IMG/VR virus record: IMGVR_UViG_3300009964_000024
Source: a virus
Direction: 5' to 3' (one strand)
DNA length: 35,441 bases
Shown: positions 7,089 through 16,198 of the stretch, piece after piece
Numbering within the stretch: the stretch's first letter is position 1
Layout: the number at the start of each line of letters is the position of its first letter
The notes under the pieces: generated by a model
The model's input: the letters and a program-made list of their open reading frames with translations, nothing else
The model's database searches: none
Told to the model about the DNA's origin: nothing
Translations under genes and position numbers: made by a program

Positions 7089-8386
7089 GCTTTGACGTAC
7101 AGAAGAACGTAAACCCGCACTTTAAAGACGTATGGAAGACAAAAGTACCTTACAACGTACTAAAAGGCGGACGGAACAGCTTCAAGTCGTCCGTCATTGC
7201 CCTTCTATTCGTCTATATCATGCTACGGTATATCAGGATAGGCGAGAGGGCGAACGTCGTTGTCATTCGGAAAGTCGGGAACACAATCCGCGACAGCGTG
7301 TTTAACAAGATTAAATGGGCGCTCCGCATGTTCGGGGTCATTGACGGCTTTACGGACACGGTCAGCCCGTTCAAGGTCAAGCACAAGAAGACAGGCTCGA
7401 CGTTCTACTTTTACGGACAGGACGACTTCCAGAAGCTCAAATCAAACGACATCGAGGACATCGTCGCGGTCTGGTACGAGGAAGCGGCCGAGTTCGCGAA
7501 CGCCGAGGAATTCGACCAAACGAACATAACCTTCATGCGGCAAAAGCACAGGCTGGCGCCGTTCGTTCGCTTCTTCTGGTCGTATAACCCGCCGCGCAAC
7601 CCTTACGCTTGGATAAACGGCTGGTACGAGGAAAAGAAGACAGACCCGCGCTACCTTTGCCACAGCTCCACCTACCTAGACGACAAGCTCGGGTTCGTGA
7701 CGGAGCAAATGCTGGAGGACATCGAGAGGGTCAAGGCGAACGACTTCGACTACTACCGCTATATCTATCTAGGCGAAGCGGTCGGCCTTGGGAACAACGT
7801 CTACAACATGACAACCTTCCACGCGCTCGACCAGCTCAAACCTGACGACCCGCTGGTCGGCGTAGCCTTCGCACTCGACGGCGGACACATGCAGTCAGCA
7901 ACGGCCTGCCTTGCGCTCGGCGTAACAGCTAAGGCTAACGTCGTATTACTCGACACATACTACTACAGCCCAGCGGGGCAGGTGAACAAGAAGGCACCCA
8001 GCCAGCTATCGCAGGACGTCAGAGACTTCACGCGCCGTGTCGTAGAGCGTTACAGGGTGCAAGTCATACAGTACACGATAGACAGCGCCGAGGGTGCGTT
8101 GCGTAACCAGTTCTTTCTCGATTGGGGCGTACGCTGGAACCCCGTAGCCAAAGCGAAGAACTCAACGATGATTGAGACCGTCCAGTCGCTGCTTGCACGC
8201 GGCCGCTTCTACTACCTCGACACGCCAGAGAACGCCGTCTTTATCAGCGAGCACCAGCGCTACCGATACGACGAGAAGACACTACAGACCGACGACCCGC
8301 GGGTCATTAAAGAGGAAGACCACACTTGCGACGCCTTCAAGTATTTCTGCCTTGACAATGCGAAGCTGCTCGGCCTTATGGCCTAA
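7085..8386 (+). CDS. terL: Terminase large subunit, PBSX/Terminase_3-like (433 aa)
   Basis: Walker A-like KGGRNSFKSS near the N-terminus. Size and position (terS-terL-portal) fit. Confidence 0.9.
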   Translation: MSFDVQKNVNPHFKDVWKTKVPYNVLKGGRNSFKSSVIALLFVYIMLRYIRIGERANVVVIRKVGNTIRDSVFNKIKWALRMFGVIDGFTDTVSPFKVKHKKTGSTFYFYGQDDFQKLKSNDIEDIVAVWYEEAAEFANAEEFDQTNITFMRQKHRLAPFVRFFWSYNPPRNPYAWINGWYEEKKTDPRYLCHSSTYLDDKLGFVTEQMLEDIERVKANDFDYYRYIYLGEAVGLGNNVYNMTTFHALDQLKPDDPLVGVAFALDGGHMQSATACLALGVTAKANVVLLDTYYYSPAGQVNKKAPSQLSQDVRDFTRRVVERYRVQVIQYTIDSAEGALRNQFFLDWGVRWNPVAKAKNSTMIETVQSLLARGRFYYLDTPENAVFISEHQRYRYDEKTLQTDDPRVIKEEDHTCDAFKYFCLDNAKLLGLMA

Positions 8387-8406
8387 CGAACGGAGGACAT
8401 CAAACC

Positions 8407-10005
8407 ATGGGACTATTTCAGACCATACGAAACCTATTTACAAGGAGCAAGAACCACATGACGAACTACACCACATCAGGACGCCTTGACAGCGTGACAG
8501 ACCACCCACGAATTGCCGTAACAGCCGACGAGTACGACCGTATCAGAACGAACCTGCAATACTTCAAGAGTGAGTTCGACCCTATCCGTTACCTCAACAG
8601 CGACGGCGACCTGCAGACCCGAGCTTTCAACGACTTGCCTATCGGACGGACGGCAGCGAAGAAGCTGGCAAGTCTGGTCTACAACGAAAAAGCAAAAATC
8701 ACGGTAGCAGACGAGGAAGCGAACGAGTTCCTGCAAAAGACGCTCAACGATGACCGCTTCAACAAGAACTTTGAACGGTACCTAGAAAGCTGCTTGGCTC
8801 TTGGTGGCCTTGCTATGCGGCCATACATTGACGGCGACAAGGTGCGCGTGGCTTTCGTACAGGCTCCCGTATTCTTCCCGCTGCAATCCAACACGCAGGA
8901 CGTGAGCAGCGCGGCCATTTTGACAAAGACCCGCGTCGCTGACGGTCGGAAGTACAAATATTACAGCCTGCTAGAGTTCCACGACTGGACGGATAAGCCA
9001 GACGGCGGCAACACTTACACGATTACCAACGAGCTATACCGTTCCGACACGGCGGACGCACTCGGCGAACAGGTAGCCTTGTCCGAACTGTATGAGGACT
9101 TGGCCGAGGTTGTCAACGTGGAAGGTATCACGCGCCCGCTCTTTACTTACTTGAAGCCCGCAGGCATGAACAACAAGGACATTAACAGCCCGTTAGGCCT
9201 ATCAATCTACGACAACGCAAAGCCGACAATCGACTTTATCAACCGAACCTTTGACGAGTACATGTGGGAAGTCCGCATGGGGCAGCGCCGCGTCATTGTG
9301 CCAGAGAGCATGACACGCAGCAAGCTAGTACAAGACGAAAACGGCCACGTTACCACGCGCCAGCGCTTCGACACAGACCAGAACGTCTTTGTCGCTATCG
9401 GCGGAGGGCTGGACGGGAACCAGATTGTCGATGTAACGACAGCAATCCGCGCTGAACAGTACATCGCGACGATTAACCAAGGCTTGAAACTCTTTGAAAT
9501 GCTTATCGGCGTATCGTCTGGCATGTTTACCTTTGACGGCGACGGTATCAAGACAGCGACCGAGGTTGTAAGTGAGAACTCGGACACTTACCAGACCCGC
9601 AACAGCCTTGTAACGCTGGTGGAGCAGTCATTGAAGGAGCTTGCTGTATCAATCCTAGAGCTGGCGGCTGGTGCTGGACTGTACAGCGGCCACATCGTGA
9701 CAGTCGACGACGTATCGGTCGACCTAGACGACGGCGTCTTTACCGACAGGCAGGCCGAGCTTAACTATTGGTCGCAAATGTACGCAGCGGGGGCTTGTTC
9801 ACGCCTGACCTTTATCATGAAGACGCGCAACCTGACCGAAGAAGAAGCGCTGCAGGAGATTGCAGCCATTGACGGCGACCTCCCACGGCTTCCAGACCTT
9901 GAAGAAGAAATCTACAAGACCAAGCAGCAGCAGCCAGCGCCAGACGGAGAGGACGAAGACGAGAAGGCGCCGCAGGACGCACAGGGAGACGCTGACGAGG
10001 TTTAG
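8407..10005 (+). CDS. Portal protein, SPP1 gp6-like (532 aa)
   Basis: Follows terL. Has the right size and an acidic C-terminal tail. RBS GGAGGA. Confidence 0.85.
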   Translation: MGLFQTIRNLFTRSKNHMTNYTTSGRLDSVTDHPRIAVTADEYDRIRTNLQYFKSEFDPIRYLNSDGDLQTRAFNDLPIGRTAAKKLASLVYNEKAKITVADEEANEFLQKTLNDDRFNKNFERYLESCLALGGLAMRPYIDGDKVRVAFVQAPVFFPLQSNTQDVSSAAILTKTRVADGRKYKYYSLLEFHDWTDKPDGGNTYTITNELYRSDTADALGEQVALSELYEDLAEVVNVEGITRPLFTYLKPAGMNNKDINSPLGLSIYDNAKPTIDFINRTFDEYMWEVRMGQRRVIVPESMTRSKLVQDENGHVTTRQRFDTDQNVFVAIGGGLDGNQIVDVTTAIRAEQYIATINQGLKLFEMLIGVSSGMFTFDGDGIKTATEVVSENSDTYQTRNSLVTLVEQSLKELAVSILELAAGAGLYSGHIVTVDDVSVDLDDGVFTDRQAELNYWSQMYAAGACSRLTFIMKTRNLTEEEALQEIAAIDGDLPRLPDLEEEIYKTKQQQPAPDGEDEDEKAPQDAQGDADEV

Positions 10006-10018
10006 GAGGTGACGGCGT

Positions 10019-11179
10019 ATGACAACACCGCGCAAGGATAACAAGCGCAAAATAGGCCAAATATGGCGCAATGATAGCGAGCTAGAATTACAAGCGCAGG
10101 CTGTGGCCGAGATATACGACAAGCTACAGTCTGACATGTTCGACGCTATGGTCCGCAAGCTGCAAGAGCGAGGACGGGCAGACCTAGAAGAAAACCCGTA
10201 CTTGTGGCAGCTCGAGAAACTAAGCGGCTTGCACCTGCTGAACCGTCAAAACGTTGAGGAACTTTCTCGGCGTTCTGGCGTGGCTATCGACCAGCTCGAG
10301 CGTATCATCGAGAACGATGGCTTGAAGATATACGAGGACACGCGCCAGCAGCTCGGAGAGGAACGCAGGGGCTTGTATAACCCCGTTACGTCAGCCCTAC
10401 AAGCCTACGCCATGCAGGCAAGGGGCGAACTCGAGAACCTGACGAACTCGACACTACCCGCAGGAATACGCAAGAGATTTCAGCAGATAGTCGAGCAGGC
10501 CGTCGCCGAAGTCGTTATCGGTGCGAAGACCAGAGACAAAGCCATTGCTGATACCGTCATGAAGTGGGCGGACAAAGGTTTCCACGGTTACACAGACGCA
10601 GCAGGCAGGGAGTGGAGCGCAGCGGCTTTCGCTCGGGCTATCATCAAGACCACGGTTTACAGCACATACAACGAAATGCGGACGAGGGCAGCGCGTGAAG
10701 CTGGCGTGAACACCTTCCTTTACTCGATGAAGGCGGCAGCGCGTGAAGCGTGCGCCCCGTTGCAAGGTAAGCTAGTCACCTACGACGCAGCCTTTACAGC
10801 CAAGGACGGGACGCGGGTCTTGTCGCTGACTGACTACGGCTACGGAACGGCAGGCGGTTGCCTTGGCGTCCATTGTGGGCACTACCTGACGCCGTTTGTG
10901 ATTGGCGTAAACAGTATGCCAGAGGTTCCCGACTACCTGAAAGACCTGACGCCAGAGCAGGCACAGGAGAACGCGAAGATACAAGCCAAGCAGCGGGGGC
11001 TTGAACGCTCCATACGCAGCCATAAGCAGCGGCTACACGTTGCCGAGGTGCTAGGCGACGCAGACCATATCCAACGCGAGAAGATAGCCGTACGGAACCG
11101 ACAGGCGCAGATAAGAGCGCTTATTGACGAGCACGACTTCCTACACCGCGACTACCAGCGCGAGAAAGTATTCAACTAG
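10019..11179 (+). CDS. Minor capsid / head morphogenesis protein (SPP1 gp7 / Phage_min_cap2-like, 386 aa)
   Basis: Lies directly after the portal gene. Recognised by position and general resemblance only. Confidence 0.65.
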   Translation: MTTPRKDNKRKIGQIWRNDSELELQAQAVAEIYDKLQSDMFDAMVRKLQERGRADLEENPYLWQLEKLSGLHLLNRQNVEELSRRSGVAIDQLERIIENDGLKIYEDTRQQLGEERRGLYNPVTSALQAYAMQARGELENLTNSTLPAGIRKRFQQIVEQAVAEVVIGAKTRDKAIADTVMKWADKGFHGYTDAAGREWSAAAFARAIIKTTVYSTYNEMRTRAAREAGVNTFLYSMKAAAREACAPLQGKLVTYDAAFTAKDGTRVLSLTDYGYGTAGGCLGVHCGHYLTPFVIGVNSMPEVPDYLKDLTPEQAQENAKIQAKQRGLERSIRSHKQRLHVAEVLGDADHIQREKIAVRNRQAQIRALIDEHDFLHRDYQREKVFN

Positions 11180-11210
11180 GCGGCACGCTTCGGCGGCCGT
11201 CTTTTTGTTT
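11179..11210 (+). terminator. Intrinsic terminator after the packaging/portal block
   Basis: Stem CGGC(A)CGC/GCGGCCG with a TTCG tetraloop, then CTTTTTGTTTT. Confidence 0.65.
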
Positions 11211-11311
11211 TCGGCACTATTGCAAAAATGCTAGTCTATCCCGTGCTAGTATGGTATTGTCGAAAATCTCGCGGGGGTCGTCCCGCTTAACAACGACTAG
11301 GAGGAAACGAC

Positions 11312-11881
11312 ATGACAAAAGACGAACTGAAAGCCCTTGGCTTGACCGATGAACAGGTTGACGCAGTCTTCGCGGCACATGGTAAAGCGCTAAACGCGAC
11401 GAAAGCGGAGCTTGAACAGGTCAAGCAAGAGAAGGACAGTTTGACGTCGCAGCTAGACCAACAGACGAAAGCAGTCGAGGAACTGAAAGCGGCCAGCACG
11501 ACAGACGCCAACACAAAAGCGGAACTGGAGAAGCTGCAGGCTGACTTTGAAAGCTACAAGACGACAGCGTCCGAGGAACTAGCAGCAACCAAGAAGGCAA
11601 GCGCAATCGCTCTTGCGGTTCGTGATACAGGCACCATTGACCCCGAGGTCCTGACGTCGCTTATCAAAGCGGACGACGTGAAGCTCGGGGAAGACGGCAA
11701 GGCAGACATCGCAGAGATTGTCGCAGGTATCAAGGAAAGCAAGCCGTATCTGTTCCCAGCAGATAAAGCGCCAGCCGAACCAGCACCAGCAGCGCCACGC
11801 TTCACACCAGCGGGCAATCCAGACGGAGCAGGAAACGGCCCCGTCGACCCGTTCCAAGCGGTCGTTGACAGCTACAAATAA
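11312..11881 (+). CDS. Scaffolding protein (189 aa)
   Basis: Coiled-coil-rich, acidic, with a Pro/Ala-rich C-terminus. Lies immediately upstream of the major capsid gene. RBS AGGAGGAA. Confidence 0.75.
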   Translation: MTKDELKALGLTDEQVDAVFAAHGKALNATKAELEQVKQEKDSLTSQLDQQTKAVEELKAASTTDANTKAELEKLQADFESYKTTASEELAATKKASAIALAVRDTGTIDPEVLTSLIKADDVKLGEDGKADIAEIVAGIKESKPYLFPADKAPAEPAPAAPRFTPAGNPDGAGNGPVDPFQAVVDSYK

Positions 11882-11901
11882 ATCAAATTAGGAGGGATAC
11901 C

Positions 11902-12786
11902 ATGGCAGGTAACCAAAACCAACCAGTACGCGTATATACCAAGCAATACGCAAACATTCTCGGAACTGTTTTCCAAGCACGCGCAGCATTCGCGCAGGCA
12001 CTTGCACCCGTGCAAATCTTGGACGGCGTACAGCAAAACAAGAAGGCGTTCAGCGTTAAGACTTCGGGTGTTCCCGTTGTTGTCGGCGAGTACAAGACAG
12101 GCGCTAACGACGTTTTCGGCGATGGATCAGGCGTTAAAAACCGCTTCGGTAACTTGACAGAGGTCATTTACGAAGATACAGACGTCGACTACGACTATAC
12201 GCTTGCAATCCGCGAAGGGTTTGACCGCCACACGGTGAATAACGACCTTAACGCGGCAGTTGCAGACCGTTTCAAGTTGCAGTCAGAAGCGCAAACCCGC
12301 AAGGCTTCCGTTCGTATCGGTAAGCACTTGTCAGACGCAGCAGGCAAAGACCTTGCCCTTGCTAGCTTGACAGACGCGGAAATCTTGAAGACCTTCAACA
12401 AAGCGGCTGCATACTTCACAGACACCGAAGTAACCGCACCCGTGACCGTGTACGTTCGCCAAGAAATCTATAACGCTATCGTGGATATGGCAGCGAACAC
12501 CGCAGCTAAAGGCTCTAGCGTGTCTATCGACAATAACGGCGTGACTAAGTACAAAGGGTTCACAATCCAGCCAGAAGCGAAGTCAAACTTCCCAACGGGT
12601 ACTATCGCGCTGTTCGTTCCTAATGCTATTGTTATCCCGTTTATCGGTATTCAAACAGCCCGCACAATCGAAAGCAACGACTTCGACGGTGTAGAGCTTC
12701 AAGCTGCAGCCAAAGGCGGACAGTACACCCTTGAAGATAACAAAAAAGCTATCATCAAGGTTACGGGAACAATCACCGAATTGTAA
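11902..12786 (+). CDS. Major capsid protein (294 aa)
   Basis: Position after the scaffold gene, size, and strong RBS AGGAGGGA. No adjacent prohead protease, so a scaffold-dependent SPP1-like arrangement. Confidence 0.8.
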   Translation: MAGNQNQPVRVYTKQYANILGTVFQARAAFAQALAPVQILDGVQQNKKAFSVKTSGVPVVVGEYKTGANDVFGDGSGVKNRFGNLTEVIYEDTDVDYDYTLAIREGFDRHTVNNDLNAAVADRFKLQSEAQTRKASVRIGKHLSDAAGKDLALASLTDAEILKTFNKAAAYFTDTEVTAPVTVYVRQEIYNAIVDMAANTAAKGSSVSIDNNGVTKYKGFTIQPEAKSNFPTGTIALFVPNAIVIPFIGIQTARTIESNDFDGVELQAAAKGGQYTLEDNKKAIIKVTGTITEL

Positions 12787-12803
12787 GAAGGAGGTAGCAG
12801 TCT

Positions 12804-13124
12804 ATGGCTATTAAGCTATACGAGACACGGGTCAACTTGTCACTTGTCCGCGAAGGCGTTGACTACCTGACAGGCGACCAGTTCGAGCTAGACGAAGACC
12901 GCGCAGCTTCTATTAACGAAAGCATGACGTCGGCCTTTCCTGGCTTGTCGCCTATCTTGGTCGAGGTTGTCGCTACGGCAGCGCCAGCAAGCAACGTCAG
13001 CGGAGACGTTGACCTTGACGCCATGAAGAAAGACGAAATCAAAGCCTTGCTCGATGAAAAAGGTATCGAGTACGGTTCAAGAGCGACAGTAGACGAGCTG
13101 AAAGCCCTTCATGACAACGCATAA
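12804..13124 (+). CDS. Head-associated protein with a C-terminal HeH/SAP-like motif (106 aa)
   Basis: The C-terminus MKKDEIKALLDEKGIEYGSRATVDELKALH resembles a Rho-N/HeH helix-extension-helix motif. Followed by a terminator. Confidence 0.6.
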   Translation: MAIKLYETRVNLSLVREGVDYLTGDQFELDEDRAASINESMTSAFPGLSPILVEVVATAAPASNVSGDVDLDAMKKDEIKALLDEKGIEYGSRATVDELKALHDNA

Positions 13125-13125
13125 C

Positions 13126-13148
13126 GGGCGCACTTAGCGCCCCTTTTT
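13126..13148 (+). terminator. Intrinsic terminator after the capsid genes
   Basis: Perfect stem GGGCGC/GCGCCC, loop actta, then CTTTTT. Confidence 0.8.
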
Positions 13149-13165
13149 GAAAAGGAGGTGCCAAC

Positions 13166-13555
13166 GTGGCCTACATCACACAGGACGAGTACAACGCGCT
13201 GGAGTTCGACCCGTTAGAAGGCCGCTTCTCACAGCTCGAAGCACGCGCCCGCATAGCTATTGACCTATATACGCGCTCATTTTATCATCACATCAACCTA
13301 GAAAACGAACCAGAGAACCGAAAGGCAGCCGTCAAGCTGGCTATGGCCTTCCAAATGCTTTATCTCGACAAGTCGGGGATAATGACAGCGGAAGACCGCA
13401 GCAGCTACTCTAGCATTAACATAGGGCGGACGACTGTATCATACAAGGACGAAGGCAAGGCAGCAGCTAAAGGCTTCAACTTGTCGCAGGACGCAATCGC
13501 CGTCCTCAATTCTATCGGCTTCTACGGTTTGACGCGGGCCGTATATGATAGATAA
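13166..13555 (+). CDS. Head-tail connector / adaptor protein (129 aa, GTG start)
   Basis: GTG preceded by AAGGAGGTG. This is the first gene of the connector block. Confidence 0.65.
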   Translation: MAYITQDEYNALEFDPLEGRFSQLEARARIAIDLYTRSFYHHINLENEPENRKAAVKLAMAFQMLYLDKSGIMTAEDRSSYSSINIGRTTVSYKDEGKAAAKGFNLSQDAIAVLNSIGFYGLTRAVYDR

Positions 13556-13880
13556 GCGCCTACTTGACAGCGTCCTGACGGTCGAGCTGCTAGACCGTAC
13601 CAAAACCGACGCCTACGGGAAAACACCTTACACCGCGCCGAAAGTGCTAAAGTATTGCCGACTTGACCGCAGCAGGGGAGAGAACGGCACGAATAACAAC
13701 AAGACGGTAAGCAATACGTCGACCGCCTTCATCTATCCGAGATATACGCCCGTGACAATCAACGACGATTGGAAGGGCGCCAAGGTCACGGACGAAGACG
13801 GCAACGTTTACAAAGTCGAGCGCTGGCTCGTTAATAAGTTAAACGGGCGCGTGTTCTCCTATGAACTGGAGCTTAAATAA
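13545..13880 (+). CDS. Head closure / neck protein (111 aa)
   Basis: Overlaps its neighbours in the connector block. Called on position only. Confidence 0.55.
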   Translation: MIDKRLLDSVLTVELLDRTKTDAYGKTPYTAPKVLKYCRLDRSRGENGTNNNKTVSNTSTAFIYPRYTPVTINDDWKGAKVTDEDGNVYKVERWLVNKLNGRVFSYELELK

Positions 13881-14227
13881 TGGGAATACGAGCAACGGTT
13901 GACCTCAGCGGCATAGAGCGCAAAATATCCCCCGCACAAATGCGAGCAGCTAAGCAAGCAGTCGCGGGGCAGATATTGATTGACTGTGAGCAGTACGTCC
14001 CAATGTTAGACGGCGACCTCCGAGCAAGCGGCCACGTCGGAAACGGAGGCGAAAGCGTAATCTGGCAAACAGTTTACGCCAAGGCTCAATACTACGGCAC
14101 CAACGGGCGGCAGGTGTTCAGTCGATACACCACCGCAGGAACAGGCTCAAAGTGGTATGAGAAAGCAGAACAGAACCACATGGACGACTGGAAAGAAAAG
14201 GCAATAGAAGCGCTAGGGGTCAGATAA
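13880..14227 (+). CDS. Neck / tail-completion protein (HK97 gp10 or Minor_capsid_2-like, 115 aa)
   Basis: TAATG overlap with the upstream gene. Called on position and size. Confidence 0.55.
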   Translation: MGIRATVDLSGIERKISPAQMRAAKQAVAGQILIDCEQYVPMLDGDLRASGHVGNGGESVIWQTVYAKAQYYGTNGRQVFSRYTTAGTGSKWYEKAEQNHMDDWKEKAIEALGVR

Positions 14228-14230
14228 GCT

Positions 14231-14638
14231 ATGCAGAATAACAAGAATTTTCAGGAGGTGCTAGTCGCCTTCGTAAATGGGCTGGAGCTGGAGCTGAAAG
14301 CCCGCCTTGATTATTTCAAGGCAGACGGCGACGACTTGGTCGTCAACCTGCTACCGACAGGCCGTAAAGAGCGGGAGTTCATGGACGGAGGGGCGGAAGT
14401 GTCCCTGCCGTTCGAGTTCGCTTGCAAGAGCCTAGACAACGAGAAGGCGTCCGCTATCTTGTGGAAGATATGCGAGGAACTTTCAGAGGTCGAGGACTTG
14501 CCGAGCACGGACGGAAGTTACAACTTTATCCGCTTGAATGTCGGCCGCGAAGGGTTCGCAGGTAAGGACGAACAAGCCTACTACGTTCACACGCTGAACA
14601 TCACAGCGTACATCGAGACAAAGCCAAGGAGGAAGTAA
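14231..14638 (+). CDS. Tail terminator-like protein (135 aa)
   Basis: Lies immediately before the major tail protein gene. Confidence 0.5.
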   Translation: MQNNKNFQEVLVAFVNGLELELKARLDYFKADGDDLVVNLLPTGRKEREFMDGGAEVSLPFEFACKSLDNEKASAILWKICEELSEVEDLPSTDGSYNFIRLNVGREGFAGKDEQAYYVHTLNITAYIETKPRRK

Positions 14639-14641
14639 CGA

Positions 14642-15094
14642 ATGGCAAGATTAAAAAACGCCCTACGGGTCCACGAAATCGGGGTATTTGACCCTAAGAA
14701 CCCAGAAACAGAGCCAACGGAATGGCTCAAACTAGCGAAGTACATCGAGACAGTCAACGACGAAAGCGATGAAGAAACGGACGATACAGGCTTCTATGAC
14801 GGAGACGGAACGCCCGAGGAAATCGTTAAGTCAGTTGTTGGCGGCTTCTCGTTTGAAGGCTTCTACGACGCAGAGGACAAGGCACAGGCTCTTATCGCTG
14901 CTATGAAATACAAAATCGGCGAAGGTCGTCGGGTTTGGTTCCGTGTCACATCTGCCGACAAAAAGAAGACATGGACGCAGGTCGCGAACGTGTCAGAAAT
15001 CAAGGCAGGAGACGGCGACGCGACAGAGTTCGAAGCGTTCGAGTGTACTATCAAGTTCATCAAGGCGCCAGTCGAGAAAGCAGTCGGCGGATAA
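14642..15094 (+). CDS. Major tail protein (150 aa)
   Basis: RBS AAGGAGGAAG. Lies between the connector genes and the chaperone/TMP genes and is followed by a terminator. Confidence 0.75.
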   Translation: MARLKNALRVHEIGVFDPKNPETEPTEWLKLAKYIETVNDESDEETDDTGFYDGDGTPEEIVKSVVGGFSFEGFYDAEDKAQALIAAMKYKIGEGRRVWFRVTSADKKKTWTQVANVSEIKAGDGDATEFEAFECTIKFIKAPVEKAVGG

Positions 15095-15107
15095 TCGAAG
15101 AAAGAGC

Positions 15108-15138
15108 GGGGCAGGTCTTGACCTTGCCCTTTTCTTTT
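15108..15138 (+). terminator. Intrinsic terminator after the major tail protein gene
   Basis: Stem GGGCAGGT/ACC(T)TGCCC, loop cttg, then TTTTCTTTT. Confidence 0.7.
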
Positions 15139-15146
15139 GGTATTAT
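15118..15146 (+). promoter_or_regulatory. Promoter embedded in the terminator
   Basis: TTGACC, 17-nt spacer, TATTAT, with a TGn extended -10. Confidence 0.45.
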
Positions 15147-15177
15147 ATAAGCAGCAAAGAAAAGGAGACGTCAAAAC

Positions 15178-15594
15178 ATGACAGAAACAGCACAAGCGCG
15201 CAATTTGTCGACCATGAAGCCGTTATTCGACGGCGACAGTCTGGCAAAGGTCGTTACTATCCCAATCACAGCCGAAGAAGTTCGCGAGGTTCCTATCTCG
15301 GACGAGACGCAGAAGAAGCTCGAAGACCTCAAGAAAGAACTCGAAGAACTTCGTAAGGGCATGACAGGAGAGGACGAAGCGGCTGACCGTGTTATCTTGA
15401 AACAAATGATTGACAAGGGTCTGACGACATTGTTCGACAAAGAAACGGCCGACCTAATCTATGAACTTTGCGGTAAAGAGGTTATCACCTATACCGAAAA
15501 GTACGCACTAATCGCCGAGTTCATCAACTCGCATTTCCAAGACCGAGTGAATAGCGAAGTATTCGCAAAGTACGCGCTAAAGGCTAAGAAATAA
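15178..15594 (+). CDS. Tail assembly chaperone (138 aa)
   Basis: Acidic protein. First of two ORFs between the major tail protein and the TMP. Confidence 0.65.
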   Translation: MTETAQARNLSTMKPLFDGDSLAKVVTIPITAEEVREVPISDETQKKLEDLKKELEELRKGMTGEDEAADRVILKQMIDKGLTTLFDKETADLIYELCGKEVITYTEKYALIAEFINSHFQDRVNSEVFAKYALKAKK

Positions 15595-16184
15595 TGCCTT
15601 TCGATATCAGTCGGCCAATACCTCAAGAGCTGGTTCATCGTGGCAAACGATACCAGCTTTTTCTGTCTTTCGACAACGTTCTCCGCGTCTTTGAAATGTT
15701 TCAGGACGACGACATCGAAGACCTCAGCAAACCTTACTTCGCAATGATACTTCTTACAGGCTCGCAGGACTTCAACGACCTATACGCCGAGGAAGTTATC
15801 AAGGTTTACAAGCAGGTATTCGACGAACATATCAAGGTAACGCGTCCGATAGACGAAGCGCCACGCTACGACCTAGAGGGCAACGTGCTGCCTAGTAGAA
15901 AGACAGAAGACGAAGACGACGAGGACAGGGCGCCTTTTAGCTTCAAATTCGACGGCGAGTATATCTTCGCTTCCTTCCTCCAAGCCTACGGGTTGGACTT
16001 GATAGAGCAGCAAGGCGTCCTATCATGGCGGAAATTCAATGCGCTTCTGGCTGGCCTGCCTGATAGTACCAAGCTATCGCGGGTCATGGAGATAAGGAGC
16101 TGGAAACCGTCAGACACCAAAGACAAGAAGGAGCGCGAACGTATGCGCAAACTACAAAAATTATACGAATTACCTAACGAGTAG
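15594..16184 (+). CDS. Tail assembly protein, Gp15-like (196 aa)
   Basis: TAATG overlap with the previous ORF. Lies directly upstream of the TMP. Confidence 0.6.
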   Translation: MPFDISRPIPQELVHRGKRYQLFLSFDNVLRVFEMFQDDDIEDLSKPYFAMILLTGSQDFNDLYAEEVIKVYKQVFDEHIKVTRPIDEAPRYDLEGNVLPSRKTEDEDDEDRAPFSFKFDGEYIFASFLQAYGLDLIEQQGVLSWRKFNALLAGLPDSTKLSRVMEIRSWKPSDTKDKKERERMRKLQKLYELPNE

Positions 16185-16198
16185 AAAGGGGGTAAACA

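Noticed and set aside
15560-15600. Expected -1 programmed frameshift (gpG/gpGT) between the two tail chaperone ORFs
   Set aside because: The -1 frame has a TAA at 15585..15587, only 6 nt before the ATG at 15594, and there is no XXXYYYZ slippery heptamer. The second ORF seems to be translated by TAATG reinitiation.
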